The translations under genes and the position numbers were made by a program. A DNA stretch of 64,000 bases, taken from Pseudovirgaria hyperparasitica. Its lineage: Eukaryota. The stretch is taken from NCBI GenBank assembly GCA_010093815.1, contig ML996584.1; one strand, given 5' to 3'. The notes under the pieces were generated by a model. It was not told where the DNA came from and ran no database searches. It saw only the letters and a list, made by a program, of their open reading frames with translations. This document shows, in pieces, positions 49,976 to 63,702 of the stretch (within the stretch, counting starts at the first letter, position 1; each line of letters starts with the position of its first letter).

Positions 49976-51675
49976 ATGGTTGTACTACTCGATCTCTCGG
50001 CAGAGCTGCTACAGTATATTTTGCTCGAAGTGAACCCCCTGGATCTTGCTTCGCTGTCTAGGACCTGCTATGCATTGAATCACTATATCAACCCAAACAA
50101 ATTGCTCTGGAAAGGTGTATTTCTCCGTGCCTATGTGAGTAAGAGGAGTTCATATGTTCTAGCGAGTCCATACAACGGGCATGCAGCTTATTCTGTACGT
50201 CCAGTCTCAGCTAATGTTGTAAAGGACTGCCCTACCAATCTACCAGAAGGCACACAGCCGGATTGGGGAGCCTTGCTCCGCAGCTACGTCAGCATGGAGA
50301 AAATTCTGGATTCTGACGATATCTCAATGAAGGTAGATGATCGCTTTGACGACAGAAGCGTACTAGAAGCTAATCAGTACTCGTAAAACAGAGAGCTAAT
50401 TTCAAGAGTGTCGCGGAAACAAGTTTGAATAGGGTTCTTTCCTCACATCGCAAGTCTGCGATGTCGCGGAATCTGGCATCAATGGATCGGCTATTCTCCA
50501 TCCAGGAGAATGTCGATATATTCATCTCCGCTTCTTCTTTATTCAAGGATGGTGGATCCGCAAGTCAATGGCCGAGAAATAGTGAAGAAGAACGTCAACT
50601 TAGTGCCAAGCTCCACGTTCTTTTCGGCGTACCGGAGGTTCCACGATCGAGAGCCCTGCAGCAAGCCGAGCTCCATGCTCACGCCAAGGCACGGGTATAT
50701 GATCTTCGACAATATACTGACAAAACTGCATGGGGGCCCTTTGTTAATGATGGCAGCATGCGTGTAGATTGGGAGAAGGCTGAAGCCATCATGCTCGACC
50801 TCGCACACAACCTAGAAAAGTTTACGAGCCACGCGTGTAACCACTTTGCCTCCAACTTTATATGGCCTTCGCGCTTCCAAGGCTGCTCTGCAAACAGCTA
50901 CGAATCAAAACCTCTTCATGAATATCCTGAGCCACGCGCAGTCATAGGCCACTTCCTGCCCAGTACACCACCTGACATAGCACCCCTCTACCACGAACCA
51001 GCCTTACCACTGGATATCATAGATCCATATGGCGTCACCGGCACATGGCGCAGAGTTGTCTGTTTCCTCGATTACACCGACCTCTACCGTATCAATTTCG
51101 AAATGGAGCAACCAGCTGCAGATGCACCCAGACCTCCCCTCGACGAGCAAGAAGCCATCCGACTCATCAGAATCAACCTGCGGGTGACCAGAGTAGAACC
51201 TCCAGGCGAGCACGATGGCAAAGACTACCCGGTTGTCCACTTCAACGGCAGGTCTCGCTCCATGCACACTCATTGGGATCCCAACGCCACCTCCCGCATT
51301 CGCGGCTCCGTTCGACAAACTCCTGAAGGCGAGATTCGGTGGACCTCCTTCAGTCTCTTCCACGGCGAGGAGCGTTGGCGCAGCGAAGGTATTCAGGTCG
51401 GCGGAATCCGCTCTTCACGCGGTATCCTAGGAACTTGGTTCGACAAGTAAGTCTTCCGCTACAGCTACTCGTACACATCTTTCGCTGACCCTGTATCTAG
51501 GGACTATGAAGAAGCCGGACCTGCAGGACCAACGGCATTCTGGAAGACAAGCGACGACATCATCGAGGAGAAGCGCCAGCCACAAGCCGCTGCGGGCAGC
51601 TGGCACCACGCGCACCACACCGCGCACTATTCGTCTGACGACGACGACGATGACGATGATGACAACAGCGATTGA
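49976..51675 (+). CDS. F-box domain protein
   Basis: N-terminal LLDLSAELLQYILLEVNPLDLASLSRTCYAL. Exons 49976-50134, 50225-50332, 50392-51446 and 51501-51675. C-terminal WRSEGIQVGG...GTWFDKD...GPAGPTAFWK. Confidence 0.88.
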
Positions 51676-52566
51676 ACAGGCTCATTTGGATTTCCTTAGC
51701 ACGTCGATGTCTTTGTGGCATCTCGTAGGTAGTTTGGTGTTTTGACACATGTCTTGGCGTCATCAGTTTGTGTGGGATTCGTGCGGTGCATTCATTGCCG
51801 GTTTGGCTTTTGTTGGGTGACAGCGCATCGCACCGGAAATTCTCTTCATTAATTACCTTGGTAGACATGATGGGACGTGGTCCCCACAATAGAATGCATT
51901 ATTGAAAATGCTGACTTAATACTTTTCCCTTGAACGAATAAAACACTGTCGCGTCATTTGGAGACCAACGTGACATTCTTTGACTACCTATCGGTCCTAT
52001 CGGTCCGTTTACAATGAAGTAGACCGGAGTAAAGCTCCACTGAAACTATTGAAAGGAGGATTCCTCAGTCACGTGTTGTGTTCCTCCCGACCTAAATAAC
52101 TAGCTGGGTGCGACTGCGGCCATACCGCAGTGATCAACATGTTTCGCCGTTGTTTCACCGTGCGACGCACGTCACTCTGTACAGACACAGTAGAAATGAC
52201 AGTATGCATAACTTTTTCTATTTGGAAATAGTATCACGCATTTATTATCATTGCGTTGGGACGTAGTTGCTGCTAAATTGATATATGTTAAGCACCACCA
52301 GCCGCAAAAGAACTCATACGAGACGTCGAACCGTTGGACCACCCAGTCCAATCGCTGTTTCTGCTCATCACCCAGTTTCCCTATGATTGTTTCCATGTAC
52401 GCCGTGACCGAGATAGAAAGAGGTAGATAAGAAGGACATAAGCGAGAAATTTGCATGAGATGACGCGGGGATCTGGTGAGATGTCCAGATCCGAATGAGG
52501 GAGGGAAAAAAGAAACAAGGTTGTATAGTACAGTAAACCGGAGCGCGCGCAAATGGGGCTCGACAG

Positions 52567-53469
52567 TTACATTTGCATAGCGTCGTCCTGTGGAACGATA
52601 GAAGAGATATCGGCGGAGGCTGTAGACATCTCTACCTCAAGAGTGCTGGGTTGACCAGGAGGTGTGTTGCGCTGAGCATTGATGCGGTCGCCGAGAACAG
52701 CAGGGACAGGGCGAACTGTAAGGTTGGACACAGCAGACTGAAGGTCATTGCCAATCAATTGGCACCATGACAGGCTATCGTGAAAAAGCCAATATTTCGC
52801 CAGACCATGAATGTCTGTCGCGCGAACCAAGTAGGCAGACAGACGCTCACTTTCAAGCATGATGGTTGCATTGGTGAGAGCAAAGTGATTCTCGATGACG
52901 CGAGTGTACGCGCGGGTCGATGCAGTAGGATCCGCCATCATGTTTGCCCATCCGACACCAAGCTCAGTGATGAGTTGGTTGATGGTATGACCTTGTTCGT
53001 CAATGACGACGCTCGCTTGTTGGTCTGGTTCCGTCAGGGAATCAACGCGACTGGAGCGAGTGCGTGCTGATTTGCGCGACACCGCGACGGGACGAGACGC
53101 GATCTCTCTTTGTTCTTTCTCCGCTTTCTCTTCGGCCCAGGTGCCTGTTTGTGATTCAGCGCCAATGTGAAAGCCGGTTCTGTCGTCAGGGTAAATTAGG
53201 GTCATGCCAGGCCCGTATATGGGTTCAGGCTTGGGCTTAGGTGGAGCAGCGTTGGGGCAGTCGGCAGGACGGTCCTCAGGGTCGACGTCTTGTATAGATC
53301 TTTTGCGGCCAGCAGCTGAGGTGTTTACCGCAGCTTGATAGTTGAGCGAAGGAGGAGTAGGATGTCTTCGTATGGGTGAAGTTTGTCGAGCGTGGGCGGA
53401 GAAGTAGTCTGGGGGCTGCTGTGGAGGGAGGACGACGGTTGGAGATGAAGCGTAATAGTTGAGCGCCAT
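52567..53469 (-). CDS. Hypothetical protein, 300 aa
   Basis: Intronless ORF with Pro-rich N-terminus, possible NLS (AGRKRS), EPIYGPGMTLIYP, AESQTGTW and a globular C-terminus (LGVGW...YWLFHD). Confidence 0.8.
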   Translation of the reverse strand: MALNYYASSPTVVLPPQQPPDYFSAHARQTSPIRRHPTPPSLNYQAAVNTSAAGRKRSIQDVDPEDRPADCPNAAPPKPKPEPIYGPGMTLIYPDDRTGFHIGAESQTGTWAEEKAEKEQREIASRPVAVSRKSARTRSSRVDSLTEPDQQASVVIDEQGHTINQLITELGVGWANMMADPTASTRAYTRVIENHFALTNATIMLESERLSAYLVRATDIHGLAKYWLFHDSLSWCQLIGNDLQSAVSNLTVRPVPAVLGDRINAQRNTPPGQPSTLEVEMSTASADISSIVPQDDAMQM

Positions 53470-55677
53470 TGCGACTGCGAGTTAGTAGATCAGAGAAATC
53501 AAACAACAATTGACTAGATACTAAAGCTTCACATGCAACACGACACGTAATAGGTAGTGCTGGTGAGGCTGGAAGCGTGCCGAAGGTGAGGTGCAACGAG
53601 GCGTCGAGCAAGGTAAGGTGGGTGGACGAATGCGAAGAGATACCTGTCGAGGGAGAGAAGAAGGAGGAGGAGCTTCAAGAGAGGCGGAGGTAGGAAGTGA
53701 GAGTATTTGTATTGGTGGGACCGAGACGTTTGGTGGTGCAAGAAGGTGGGTGGGAATGAAAGAGAGACAAGAAGTGGATGGGATGGGCGGGTTTAAGACC
53801 TCAGAAGCTATAGATAGAGTACAGCCAATCATGAGTACGAAGGGACTCCAGTGAGCGCTAGACCGTTTGCAGCTGAAGGTTCGACACGGGAGCTTGGCAC
53901 TGCATCACTGCCAAAAGCAGGGCGAACGGCGGTATGACTTTCCGGTGGCTGGCAGCTAGTCCATTTCCATTGGTAGGGCAGGAGCAGTCAGCAAGGTCTG
54001 CCTTGTTGCCCTACAGTGGTGGTCCGACTTGCTCTCTATTAATTTTAGCGAGTGTATGCTTTCGGAGTAGTGTTGTACTCGTAAGGAGCCATAGTCACAT
54101 GAGTGAGCCGCGCTCGGGCTTTACATAATTCTGGCATATTCAGGCACGTGACGATATTTCTCCATCATCGTTACAAGGAAGGATTTGTAAGTCAACTGTC
54201 ACCCTGCTACCCTGTACCTAGATAGGGATCTGAGTCGAGCGTCTCAGCCACATATAGCATTCTTCAACATCTATAGGCTCAGGTTAGAGATGTCAATCAA
54301 CTTTTTTCGACTTTCTGTACGGTACATATCGTCTTGGTGTATAAAATAATTAGGATTTTCGAATATAATACTGTCTGTGTATTCTTATGCGTCGCTATTC
54401 GCTGTATTTATATCATTTTTGTCTCCTGATTGCTCGTTGAATGACAGACAGCAACAAGCTGTTGCTGTGGAAGAAAACCACTCCACGCAACGTAGAAGAG
54501 GCCAGCTATCATATACTCTAATCATTGGTTGTCTTGATGCGGAAATCTGAAGGCGGGACTTGGAATGTGGAAATCCGAATGTGTGTCTCTGGATATGCAC
54601 ATCTATTCCAAAATTCACCTTCCCCATCCCATCCAACTCTTTCAGACGATATACCATATTATCACCCTTATGCGTGTGAAGCCTCAAGAGAGCGCCATGT
54701 ACCACACTTATCCCCGCAATCTCGACAGAATGCCATCACTAAGCAGTCCAAGTAAGCAGGTGCGCTGATTGTATTCGTCGTCATCGATCTATTGCTCGAC
54801 GAAGAACTTCAGATCTGACTGCTAGCTGATTCATCCTCGCGACGTGTACACCCTTCCAGAGACCCTTAAGTGGATCGCCCGCGTCGGTGTCGAAGCCATG
54901 ATACCCCAGCTTCTGACAAGAATTCATGTGGAGAAGGATGCTGTCGTGTACTTGGACGTGACACTGCGTCAATTTAGATGTACTATATACTTATCTGGTG
55001 CGACACGCCAGCCTTCGGGACAGTCGATATTTTGATATGTGAAATCGAAGACCCGAAGCATAAGATGACATCATGGGCTAATCTGGACGATCTTGAGGTC
55101 AATGTCGAGATCGTGGAATGGGGAAGACTTGGAAGCCATTTCTATATAAGTTTGCTATTTGTATTGAGACACTTCATGCATGTAATCTGCTTCGTAGACT
55201 ATTGTTCACCTAATTTGATGATACTCAATCGAGGTCATACGTATGGTCTATCGATGAGACGGGTCTTCAAGAGCGCAAGGACTGCTTTGGAGCTGATCGC
55301 TACATACAAGACAGAGTAAGAGCTGTTGTTCGGTAGATAATCTGTATATATAAGAGTAGCGACTACCTCGAGAACAAAAGTGTAGACACTATAATTTACA
55401 ACAAGACAGATGGAATAGTCATTTTAGCTGTGTGAGAATCCATTGGACTCTTGCCTAGCATCACACTATCTTGGAAACCATATCCAGGTTTTCAAGAAAG
55501 CGAAGTCGTCAATTACCTGGGCACTGCACAGCATCATTAGATATCCATTGTCATTTGCTTAATTCATCGACAGGTCAGATACTGTGTCAAACTGCATGGT
55601 AGGTGTCTCGCTTTTCGGCTACGTACTGCCTTACCATAATGGCAGGTTCCACCTACAGCCATGTCTACTGTACCGAT

Positions 55678-56994
55678 TTACTTCTTCTCGGGCTTCACTG
55701 GATTCTTGTTTCCTTCCCACTTTAATTCTCTTGGAGTCATGTATGCTTCTAGCACATCATCTGTCACCTCCTTTCGTCGATCTTGATAACCCTTCACATA
55801 CTCTTGTAACTTTGCAACACAAATCTTTTTCAGTGCGCCGGTTCCTAAGTCTCCTTTTCTGTACTGCTGTGCGAGCTCATCCAGCTTCGCATCATCGTCA
55901 TCAAAGTAGCTCAAGTATTGATATGCGACGTCAACGTCCGGGTTACCACCAAGCTCTTTGTGTAGCTCAATAGTCTCTTGTCCTCCTGAGAAAGCATGTT
56001 TGTTGATTTTCTTTTCTATTTGCTTGGCGGTGTCACTCATGAAGATGGCGGAGTTGGGGTCGCTTGACGACATCTTGCCACCGGGCCCGTACAGGCCGGT
56101 CAGGAACTTCGAATGGATGAGAGCAGCCTTCTTGATCGGCGGCTTCATCTTGTGAGAATTGTCTCTGACTAAACGGAAATAGGGGTCTTGGTCGATGGCA
56201 CAGGGTATTAAGCAGCGTATCTTGGAAGATTTCTTGCTACGGTTGCCAGCTGGATCATCACCGAAGATGTGAGGGTATGAGGTCGGATATGCGGCAACAC
56301 ACTGAAGAGCAGGAAAGAAAATGCGGCCGATGTTGGTGCTCAAGTCGAAACCAAAGGCTCCACGAACTTGGTTGAATGTAACTGCTCTTGCAAACTCCAA
56401 TGCATTCTGATAGAAGTGACCGCCAATGTATTCCGTGTCCATGTATATGAACGTCTTTTTAGGATCGAATCCAACAGCAATAATATCTTTCGCATTCTCC
56501 CGGGCGAACTGGCGCACATCTTCTATCTTCAAATCGTTCTTGAACAGGAATTTCTCGTCGTCCGTCAACATGATCACCAACGGAACATCGAAGACGTCTT
56601 GCAGCCATTTTGTGAATTCGAAAGGTATCGTGTGCCCAATATGCATGCTTCCACTACTCGGGCCTCTCCCTGTGTATAGCATGAAGGTCTCGCCGCGCTC
56701 GTAGCAGTCGAGGATCTCGTTGAAGTCGCGGTGGCTGAAGAAGAGGCCTCGTTTCAACCAGCGATGAGGTTCTTTGCCAGTCACTTTGGTGAATCGTGCC
56801 AGTAGCTCGTCGTCGATCAGCTTCGTATTCCATTGCTTCGATATTGCAGCGTAGTCGAATTCCTTCGCGTTTCCTTGCTCATCGGTCCCAGCAGAGACGT
56901 TCCAGGGATCGATAGCTTGCTCTGTAGCTTTTGTAGCTGTGTCGGTGACAGCAAGCGCCGCCACAGAAGGTGGCTCGCTGGGCTCGTTCGTCAT
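55678..56994 (-). CDS. WRS1: Cytosolic tryptophanyl-tRNA synthetase
   Basis: LYTGRGPSSGSMHIGH (HIGH), LIPCAIDQDPYFR, KMSSS and KINKHAFSGG. Confidence 0.97.
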   Translation of the reverse strand: MTNEPSEPPSVAALAVTDTATKATEQAIDPWNVSAGTDEQGNAKEFDYAAISKQWNTKLIDDELLARFTKVTGKEPHRWLKRGLFFSHRDFNEILDCYERGETFMLYTGRGPSSGSMHIGHTIPFEFTKWLQDVFDVPLVIMLTDDEKFLFKNDLKIEDVRQFARENAKDIIAVGFDPKKTFIYMDTEYIGGHFYQNALEFARAVTFNQVRGAFGFDLSTNIGRIFFPALQCVAAYPTSYPHIFGDDPAGNRSKKSSKIRCLIPCAIDQDPYFRLVRDNSHKMKPPIKKAALIHSKFLTGLYGPGGKMSSSDPNSAIFMSDTAKQIEKKINKHAFSGGQETIELHKELGGNPDVDVAYQYLSYFDDDDAKLDELAQQYRKGDLGTGALKKICVAKLQEYVKGYQDRRKEVTDDVLEAYMTPRELKWEGNKNPVKPEKK

Positions 56995-57024
56995 GCCAAA
57001 TTATGTGTATGACGAGAGTATAAG

Positions 57025-57077
57025 GAGTCAAAAAGCGTGAAATGTGGTTTCAGTCCATCGCAAACAGTAAGACTCAT
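57025..57077 (-). promoter_or_regulatory. Possible Gcn4/Cpc1-type elements upstream of TrpRS
   Basis: TTGACTC (57031-57025) and ATGAGTCT (57077-57070) on the minus strand. aaRS genes are known cross-pathway control targets, but these short motifs could be chance. Confidence 0.25.
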
Positions 57078-57667
57078 TCGGCGCGGGGCGTTTCGCCGGT
57101 CTCGTTTCTCGTTAAATTCTGCCCCGCCATGGATAAGAAACAAAGCCCACCATACCCTCCAGCTGATCCGCTGCCCGTAAAGAAACGCCCTTGCACAATA
57201 ATTTTAAGTTTTAATCACTTGGTTGGTAAACAAGGTTTTGCTTGCTTTAGTAATTTGATGTACTCAGAATTCAATCCACGTTCGATCTCAATGGCAGCCA
57301 TCATTGTGAGGTAAAGTATGAATAAGCTTCCCTGCTTCGGTTCGAGATTGGGATAGACATCGTGGTTGAAGAGGAAGCCGAATGTAAGTGTCGAGTCTTG
57401 ATACATGTACAGAGATATGGAGGCAATGTTGGAACTTGGTCTTCTATCATGATCCCTTCATAACCTCCGAGTCAATAACCGCCCAGAGGTGGTTCTATTT
57501 TTATGACAATGCTGTTATAGCGCTGGCATGAAGAATCGTACTGGCAAACATATGTTCTATAGCATCAGCGACTTGCCTCTCACTGTACACAGGTGAAAAG
57601 GATAACGCTATTCTCATTGGACATATGTACATGAAGGTATGTATAAATTGTACAATTCGGAAGAAGT

Positions 57668-58202
57668 TCACGCGTTGCTTTTGCGAATCTCTTGCTTCTG
57701 TTTCTCCATCTCAGCAGCCAACAGTCTACGCGTCTCCTCTGACGCCTCTCTTGTAACTGCTCTCTCCTTTTCTTGGGCTTCTGCAATTGCACCCCAGACT
57801 GTAGACTGTCAGGATACGGTACAAAGGGTGATCCACGTGACCATAGATCATGATAGTGAAGGCTCGTACTATTCTTATCTGATTTAGCATTGTCCTTTAG
57901 CCTGTTGACGAAAGCATCGAATTCTTCTTGGTTCTTGGCTCGATTCTCTAACGAACGCTTTTGCAATTCTGGGTTATAGCGCTGGCGATGATGTCAATTT
58001 CGTGCATCTTGCACATCGTCTATCTCTGCTCACTTTGAATAATTCTTCCTCTGTCGGTTGTACCCACATGACCAGGGCTGGTCCTCCAACGCACAAAACT
58101 ACGCCTCTGAGATGACTTCAAAACGTGTAATCCATCAGGGGCTGGGAGTTGAGCTTACGAGGCAACCATTTTGATCCAGCCCTTTGTGGAAAGACCAGGC
58201 AT
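57668..58202 (-). CDS. CBP4: Cytochrome bc1 complex assembly factor Cbp4
   Basis: Exons 58202-58159, 58106-58034, 57981-57870 and 57798-57668. They give [53 protein letters not shown]...AKSDKNIW..., the Cbp4 pattern. Confidence 0.88.
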
Positions 58203-59469
58203 GGTGACGTTGATGACTTGAACACACACTTATGAGATGCGAGAATTCAATTGCGATTGGAAGATCAATATGATAAGATCTCGATGACTGGGCAAACAAA
58301 CTATGTTCACGATGAAGCCAGCCGGTGCAAAACATGCAGACCCGACTCCGAAAGTGGTGATGTTCTGGAAGTGTTCGATGTGGCGCTACTGTGGCTGGGC
58401 GGCCAATCTTAATTTCACGGGACGGGGGCGCGTTTGGGAAGCGTGAATTGGGCAAGACGAAGAGAAGATCTTGTGATTCAGACGTTGGAACTACTGTAAC
58501 TAAGCCTTACCAACCCAAATTTTCACGTGGGATATTCCAACATATTCCCGTCAGTTGGGGGAATGATTCGCAGTTTGCAGGTGATCCACGAGTGTTTCGC
58601 ATGGCTGAAGGCGGGGCGGGCAGTCGTTGAGGCTAGCTAGGTGCAGGCGGGTGACGGGTGTGGGCGATTCCCCCTAGATCCCATGTCGAAACACCAGGAA
58701 ATGAAGATTGTTAATGCGAGGGTAGCAGTAGCATAGGAATCAGGCCTGTAGCTCCACATGAACACGGTATATCCCATAACCCTCTGGGCCCGCTGACGTC
58801 TCTTGTGATCCTTTACTGGTGCGCATTGTCGTGGCATTGCCTACATGTGCCGCTCGTCTTAACGTGGGCTGGAGCTTGATGTATGCCATCTCTGTTCCCT
58901 CGCACCCACACGCGCTCTTCCAGCCTCCATCACCACCTGTCCTGACCAGCTTCCATCTACCAACGCTCGTTTGACTTCTACTATCCTTTATCCCTTACAT
59001 GTCACTGAGTCTACAAGCGCGCAGCTCCGAGAACCTTGCATGTCTGCAGATTTACGGCCCGGCTGTGGATCTTGCGCAACACTCTCATCAACGCCATCTC
59101 ACCTTTCAAAGCCGTGACCGTCGTCCAAGTGCTCAACATACCTTCATTCGACCATCTAGTAGCCTGATTGTCTCGTCAATCGCGCTCTGTCCCCACATAT
59201 GACAGCATTCGAGTCAGACTTACAGTGCTGGTCGCTGTTTAGATCTTGAGACAATATACACATATCACGCCTGAGTGACAACCTAGAAAGACCTTCCACT
59301 ACGTGGCCTCGAAGATCATATCACTGCTCTATTCCCTGATCATCCCTACGGAGGCCGTGTGCCTTCTTGATCACTTAGAAAAGGCCCTCAAGTCTGGAGT
59401 CTCTATACGTCAATTCGCAGCTCGAAGCCATTAATTGGGATCGATAGTACATCGATACGCGCATCTGCA

Positions 59470-62400
59470 ATGGCTTACGACTCGCACGCAGACTACCAAG
59501 CGCCGCCGCGACGATACATGGACCAAGGAGCGCAGCAGCGACCACCTTCAAACCAAAGGAACAACGCGTACAGTGGGCAACATCAGGGAGAATACGCATA
59601 TAATGACTATGGATATCAGCAAGATTTCTACGGACAGCAACAATATGGCTCAAAGCCGACTCAAGTCAATCGAGGTCCCAGACCACCACCACGACAACAA
59701 CCACAACACCAACAAGAGTATCAGCAAGACGAGCTTGGTTATGGGGATCTTATCAGCGGGTATGAGGAGAGCAGCCAACAGGCTCCAAGAAATCAGGGTC
59801 CTTCAAGAGCCGCTGTACCTCGACAGCCAATATCCCGCCAAGATCATTCCTATGGGTATGATGAGGGATATATTGAGCAGAACAATGGGTATGAGCAGCA
59901 GTCCAGACGTCCTCCACCAGGCCCTCGGCAGCATTCTGGGGGTCGTGGGCCTCCTATGCGGGGACCGCCGCCTCCAGGCTATCATCCGCAGCAGAGTATG
60001 GGTCGAGGAGGAAGGCCACCACCTGAACAACGTCCAGATCCAAGGGGTTCTGCAAATCAAAGTAGAGCTCGTCCCCCGCCAAACTTCGAAGGCCGTCCAC
60101 CTTCTGATCAGCCAGGCAACAGACCACCGAGTAAGTAACGTGGATATAGTGCATCGCATAATTCGCCTGACAAGGTTACAGCTCGCGAGCGCATACTAAA
60201 TAAGCAGCCACCGCTGAAATTGTCTCAAGACAATGCTTTTCCAACTTTTGGGGCGACGAAAGCAACTCCGCCGGCGGCGGAATTGGAGAACCCGATGGCC
60301 AAGCTGAATATCCAAGACGCACGGGGGAGTGAGGATCGCGCGCGACCACCTACATCTGCAAGCCATAAGAGTAATGGATCAATGAGAGGCCCACCACAGA
60401 ATGGATTCCATGATTCGGGCTACCAAGACAGTTTTGAACCTCCATTTACTCAACAGCGCCCAGGCTACGCGTCCAAGGACAGCTTCAACTCAAGGCCCTC
60501 ACTAGACAGCTCACGCGATACGCGCTCATCTCAACAGCGGAACTCTCCACCAAGGCCACCGCCTCTCAACCTCGGGACCAATCAGGCAGAGCGTGTAAGC
60601 GGCAGCTCACATCATCTAGCGCCTTCATATAGTACTTTTGGTCCCATATCGAGGGCTGCAACTATGCCGAATAACAGCTCAGCTGATTCTAGGCTATCTC
60701 AGCCTCAGCAACAATGGGCCCGCGCTCAGACCGATAGCTACCAAGGCCCTGCTTCACCAAGCTACATGGGTCGCCCATCTACTGCGAGTGGATCAGGTCA
60801 AAACTGGAACAGCAGGCCCACCACGCAAGATGCCCAAAAATACAAGGCCTTCACATCGCCCAAGTATGAAACCCAGGATCCTCTCGATCTAAATCATACG
60901 AGAGATGAAAGTCTTTCGGATCTCTACGACGACTACGCATACGACGATGATTCGAAGCACACGCGTACAAATAGCAGGGAGGAGGCTATCGAGTTGGAGA
61001 TGCCAAACTTCGATGCGATACCAGCAGCTAGCAGCCCTCGATTTACGCTACATTTCAATTCGCCAACGTTCAATGTGGCGCCCTCAACAGACTTACCAGA
61101 GGTTGATGATGGGAACGGCTTTTACAAGCAGGCCAAAATGAGTCGTTCACAGCCGGACCTACGGGCTCAGGCACGGGAGGGATATCACCAGTACAATGGG
61201 AACAACGTCCCTCCTATGCCACGCGGCAACATGACTCCAGCTCCACGCGGGCGTGGAAGCGGATCGGGGCCAGGACCGAATATGAATGGCGGTTATGGCC
61301 ACAGAGAAGGACCAAGAGGCGCACCAGGACCTCACGGACATGGTATGGACAAGCCGCAATCTGATTTGGATACTACTGACCAGTTTCAATACTCAGATTT
61401 GGGTTCTCGCTCTTCTATGGATATTCAAAGACCTAGTATGCAAATGAACGAGCCACATTACAGCAATCCAGACGCTTTGCCTTCGCATCCTGTTCCAGTA
61501 CGGCTTGGGCTAAACGACTCTACCAGTCCCTCGAACAGCAATCAAGGTCCACACCGACCTCCGCCTGTCCGACAATACAATGATCCTGCCACTGCGCGGA
61601 ATTCAGTGGGTGGCACCTCAATACCGGTCACTCACGACGAATTGAACAGGTTACGAACTGTTGTTTCAACAAATCCCCACGATCGAAAGTCGCAGCTTCT
61701 CCTCGCAAAGAAGCTCGTTGAGGCAGCACGCGTTCTAGCCGACGAAGGAGGCTCAGTTGACATAAAGACACGAAACAAGAATCGGGAGAGATACATTTCC
61801 GAAGCCCACAAGAACGTCAAGAAGCTCGTCACACTTGGTTATCCCGAAGGGATGTTCTATATGGCAGACTGCTATGGTATGGGTCAATTAGGCCTCGAGG
61901 TAGATACCAAGGAGGCCTTCAATCTTTATCAGGGAGCGGCGAAGATGGGCCACGCGCAGTCCGCGTATAGAACTGCCGTGTGCTGCGAGATGGGAGCCGA
62001 GGAAGGCGGTGGCACGCGCAAAGATCCACAGAAGGCTGTGCAATGGTACAAGCGTGCCGCTGCTCTGGGTGATGTTGCTGCCATGTACAAAGTCGGTATG
62101 GTACTTATGAAAGGCTTGCTTGGCCAGCAAAAGAATATGGGCGAAGCTGTCAACTGGCTCAAACGTGCCGCAGAACGTGCAGACGCGGAGAACCCCCATG
62201 CGCTGCACGAGCTTGGTCTCCTGTATGAAGGTGTCTCGACTAACGCGTCTGGTCCGGTCATACGTGACGAGAATCATGCAGGTCAACTGTTTCGGCAGGC
62301 TGCAGAATTAGGATACAAGTTCTCGCAGTTCAGACTTGGCCAAGCTTATGAATATGGCCAGCTTGGTCTACCAATTGACTCTCGAAACAGTATTGCTTGG

Positions 62401-62831
62401 TATACGCGCGCTGCGGCGCAAGGCGAACATCAGAGCGAACTGGCCTTGAGTGGCTGGTATTTAACTGGCAGTGCTGGTTTGATCGAACAGAGTGATACGG
62501 AGGCATATCTGTGGGCTCGAAAGGCGAGTACGGCAGAAGTTCCGTTACCCAAAGCAATGTTTGCCATGGGTTACTTCACTGAAGTGGGCATTGGATGTCC
62601 AAGAAGTCTAGAGGAGGCGAAGAAATGGTATGGGAGAGCTGCAGGTATGTCGTGCGAAACCCCCCGGCGTTGCGGGATTTTATATTGACACTTTGCCTAG
62701 CACATAAATTTCCGAAAGCACAAGAACGTCTCGAGGAATTGAAGAAGGGTGGCATGAAGGCACAAAAGAGTCGTGAGAGATTGAGTCGTACCGACAGAAA
62801 GCAGCAAGACGAGAATTGTGTTGTCATGTAA
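59470..62831 (+). CDS. Chitin synthase activator Chs4/Skt5-like (Sel1 repeats, C-terminal CaaX)
   Basis: Exons 59470-60130, 60182-62644 and 62701-62831. Long P/Q/G-rich N-terminus, Sel1-like repeats (AVQWYKRAA, AWYTRAAAQG, ELALSGWYLTG) and a CVVM* prenylation motif. Confidence 0.9.
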
Positions 62832-63702
62832 GGGACCATGTCCTACTTCCTGCTACCTTTGTATTATTGCCGACTGCGTCTGAAATGCCCTGTATTGAAG
62901 ACCATCTCTCCGATTTGCGTGGAAGGCGTTTCATCTCGAAGCTCTCGCGATCATTTGAAAAGGCGTTATCCGGGTGTACAGCTGTATGTTTAGGACGTGA
63001 AAGGACCGAAGATATGTAGCAGGCTATGTCTACGTTTGGGGCGGAGTTTGGCGCATACAAGCCACCAGAAATGAATATATGGAGGTATGCACCGCAATGT
63101 ATGAGGCTGATTACGGGGTATATAACCTGCATCGGACTCCGTTCGTGCACTGACAGGGGCGAGTGCCAAGAGCCTGCCTGCACGTGTCAACAAACGAAGA
63201 CGCATCATGGATGCAACACGATGAGTTCGAGTTCATGTGGAATGTCAACACTTTCTTGCTACTGCCGACAGGAGTGAAGTCAAATGAAGCATATGATAAT
63301 CCTCGAAGCACTGAGATTGGATGAGCAGGTACCAAATTGTCCGTACATGGAGACTCTGACTTACAACCGCATAGCATCGAGCATCAAGTCGGCCACAGAC
63401 AACAAACAATCTGCAGCTCTCAAACTTCCTCCGCCGGATGATTATGAACCCGTGCACTTTCAAATCTGCAATATGCAGATCCCCTACACATGTGCTTCCA
63501 TTGACGCCCTCTCCTGAAGCAATCTTCCCATGTATATAATGAGTCCAAATCTACACCTGATGCTTTTCCGTCTCATCACACTCACTCACATCCACTCTAC
63601 AACACATTCACTTACTTTCCTTTACTACTACAACTTACTACATTCACTCTTTACAACACTTTCAAGCCTTTTCAAAGCCTCACATAAAACAACATCCTTC
63701 AC

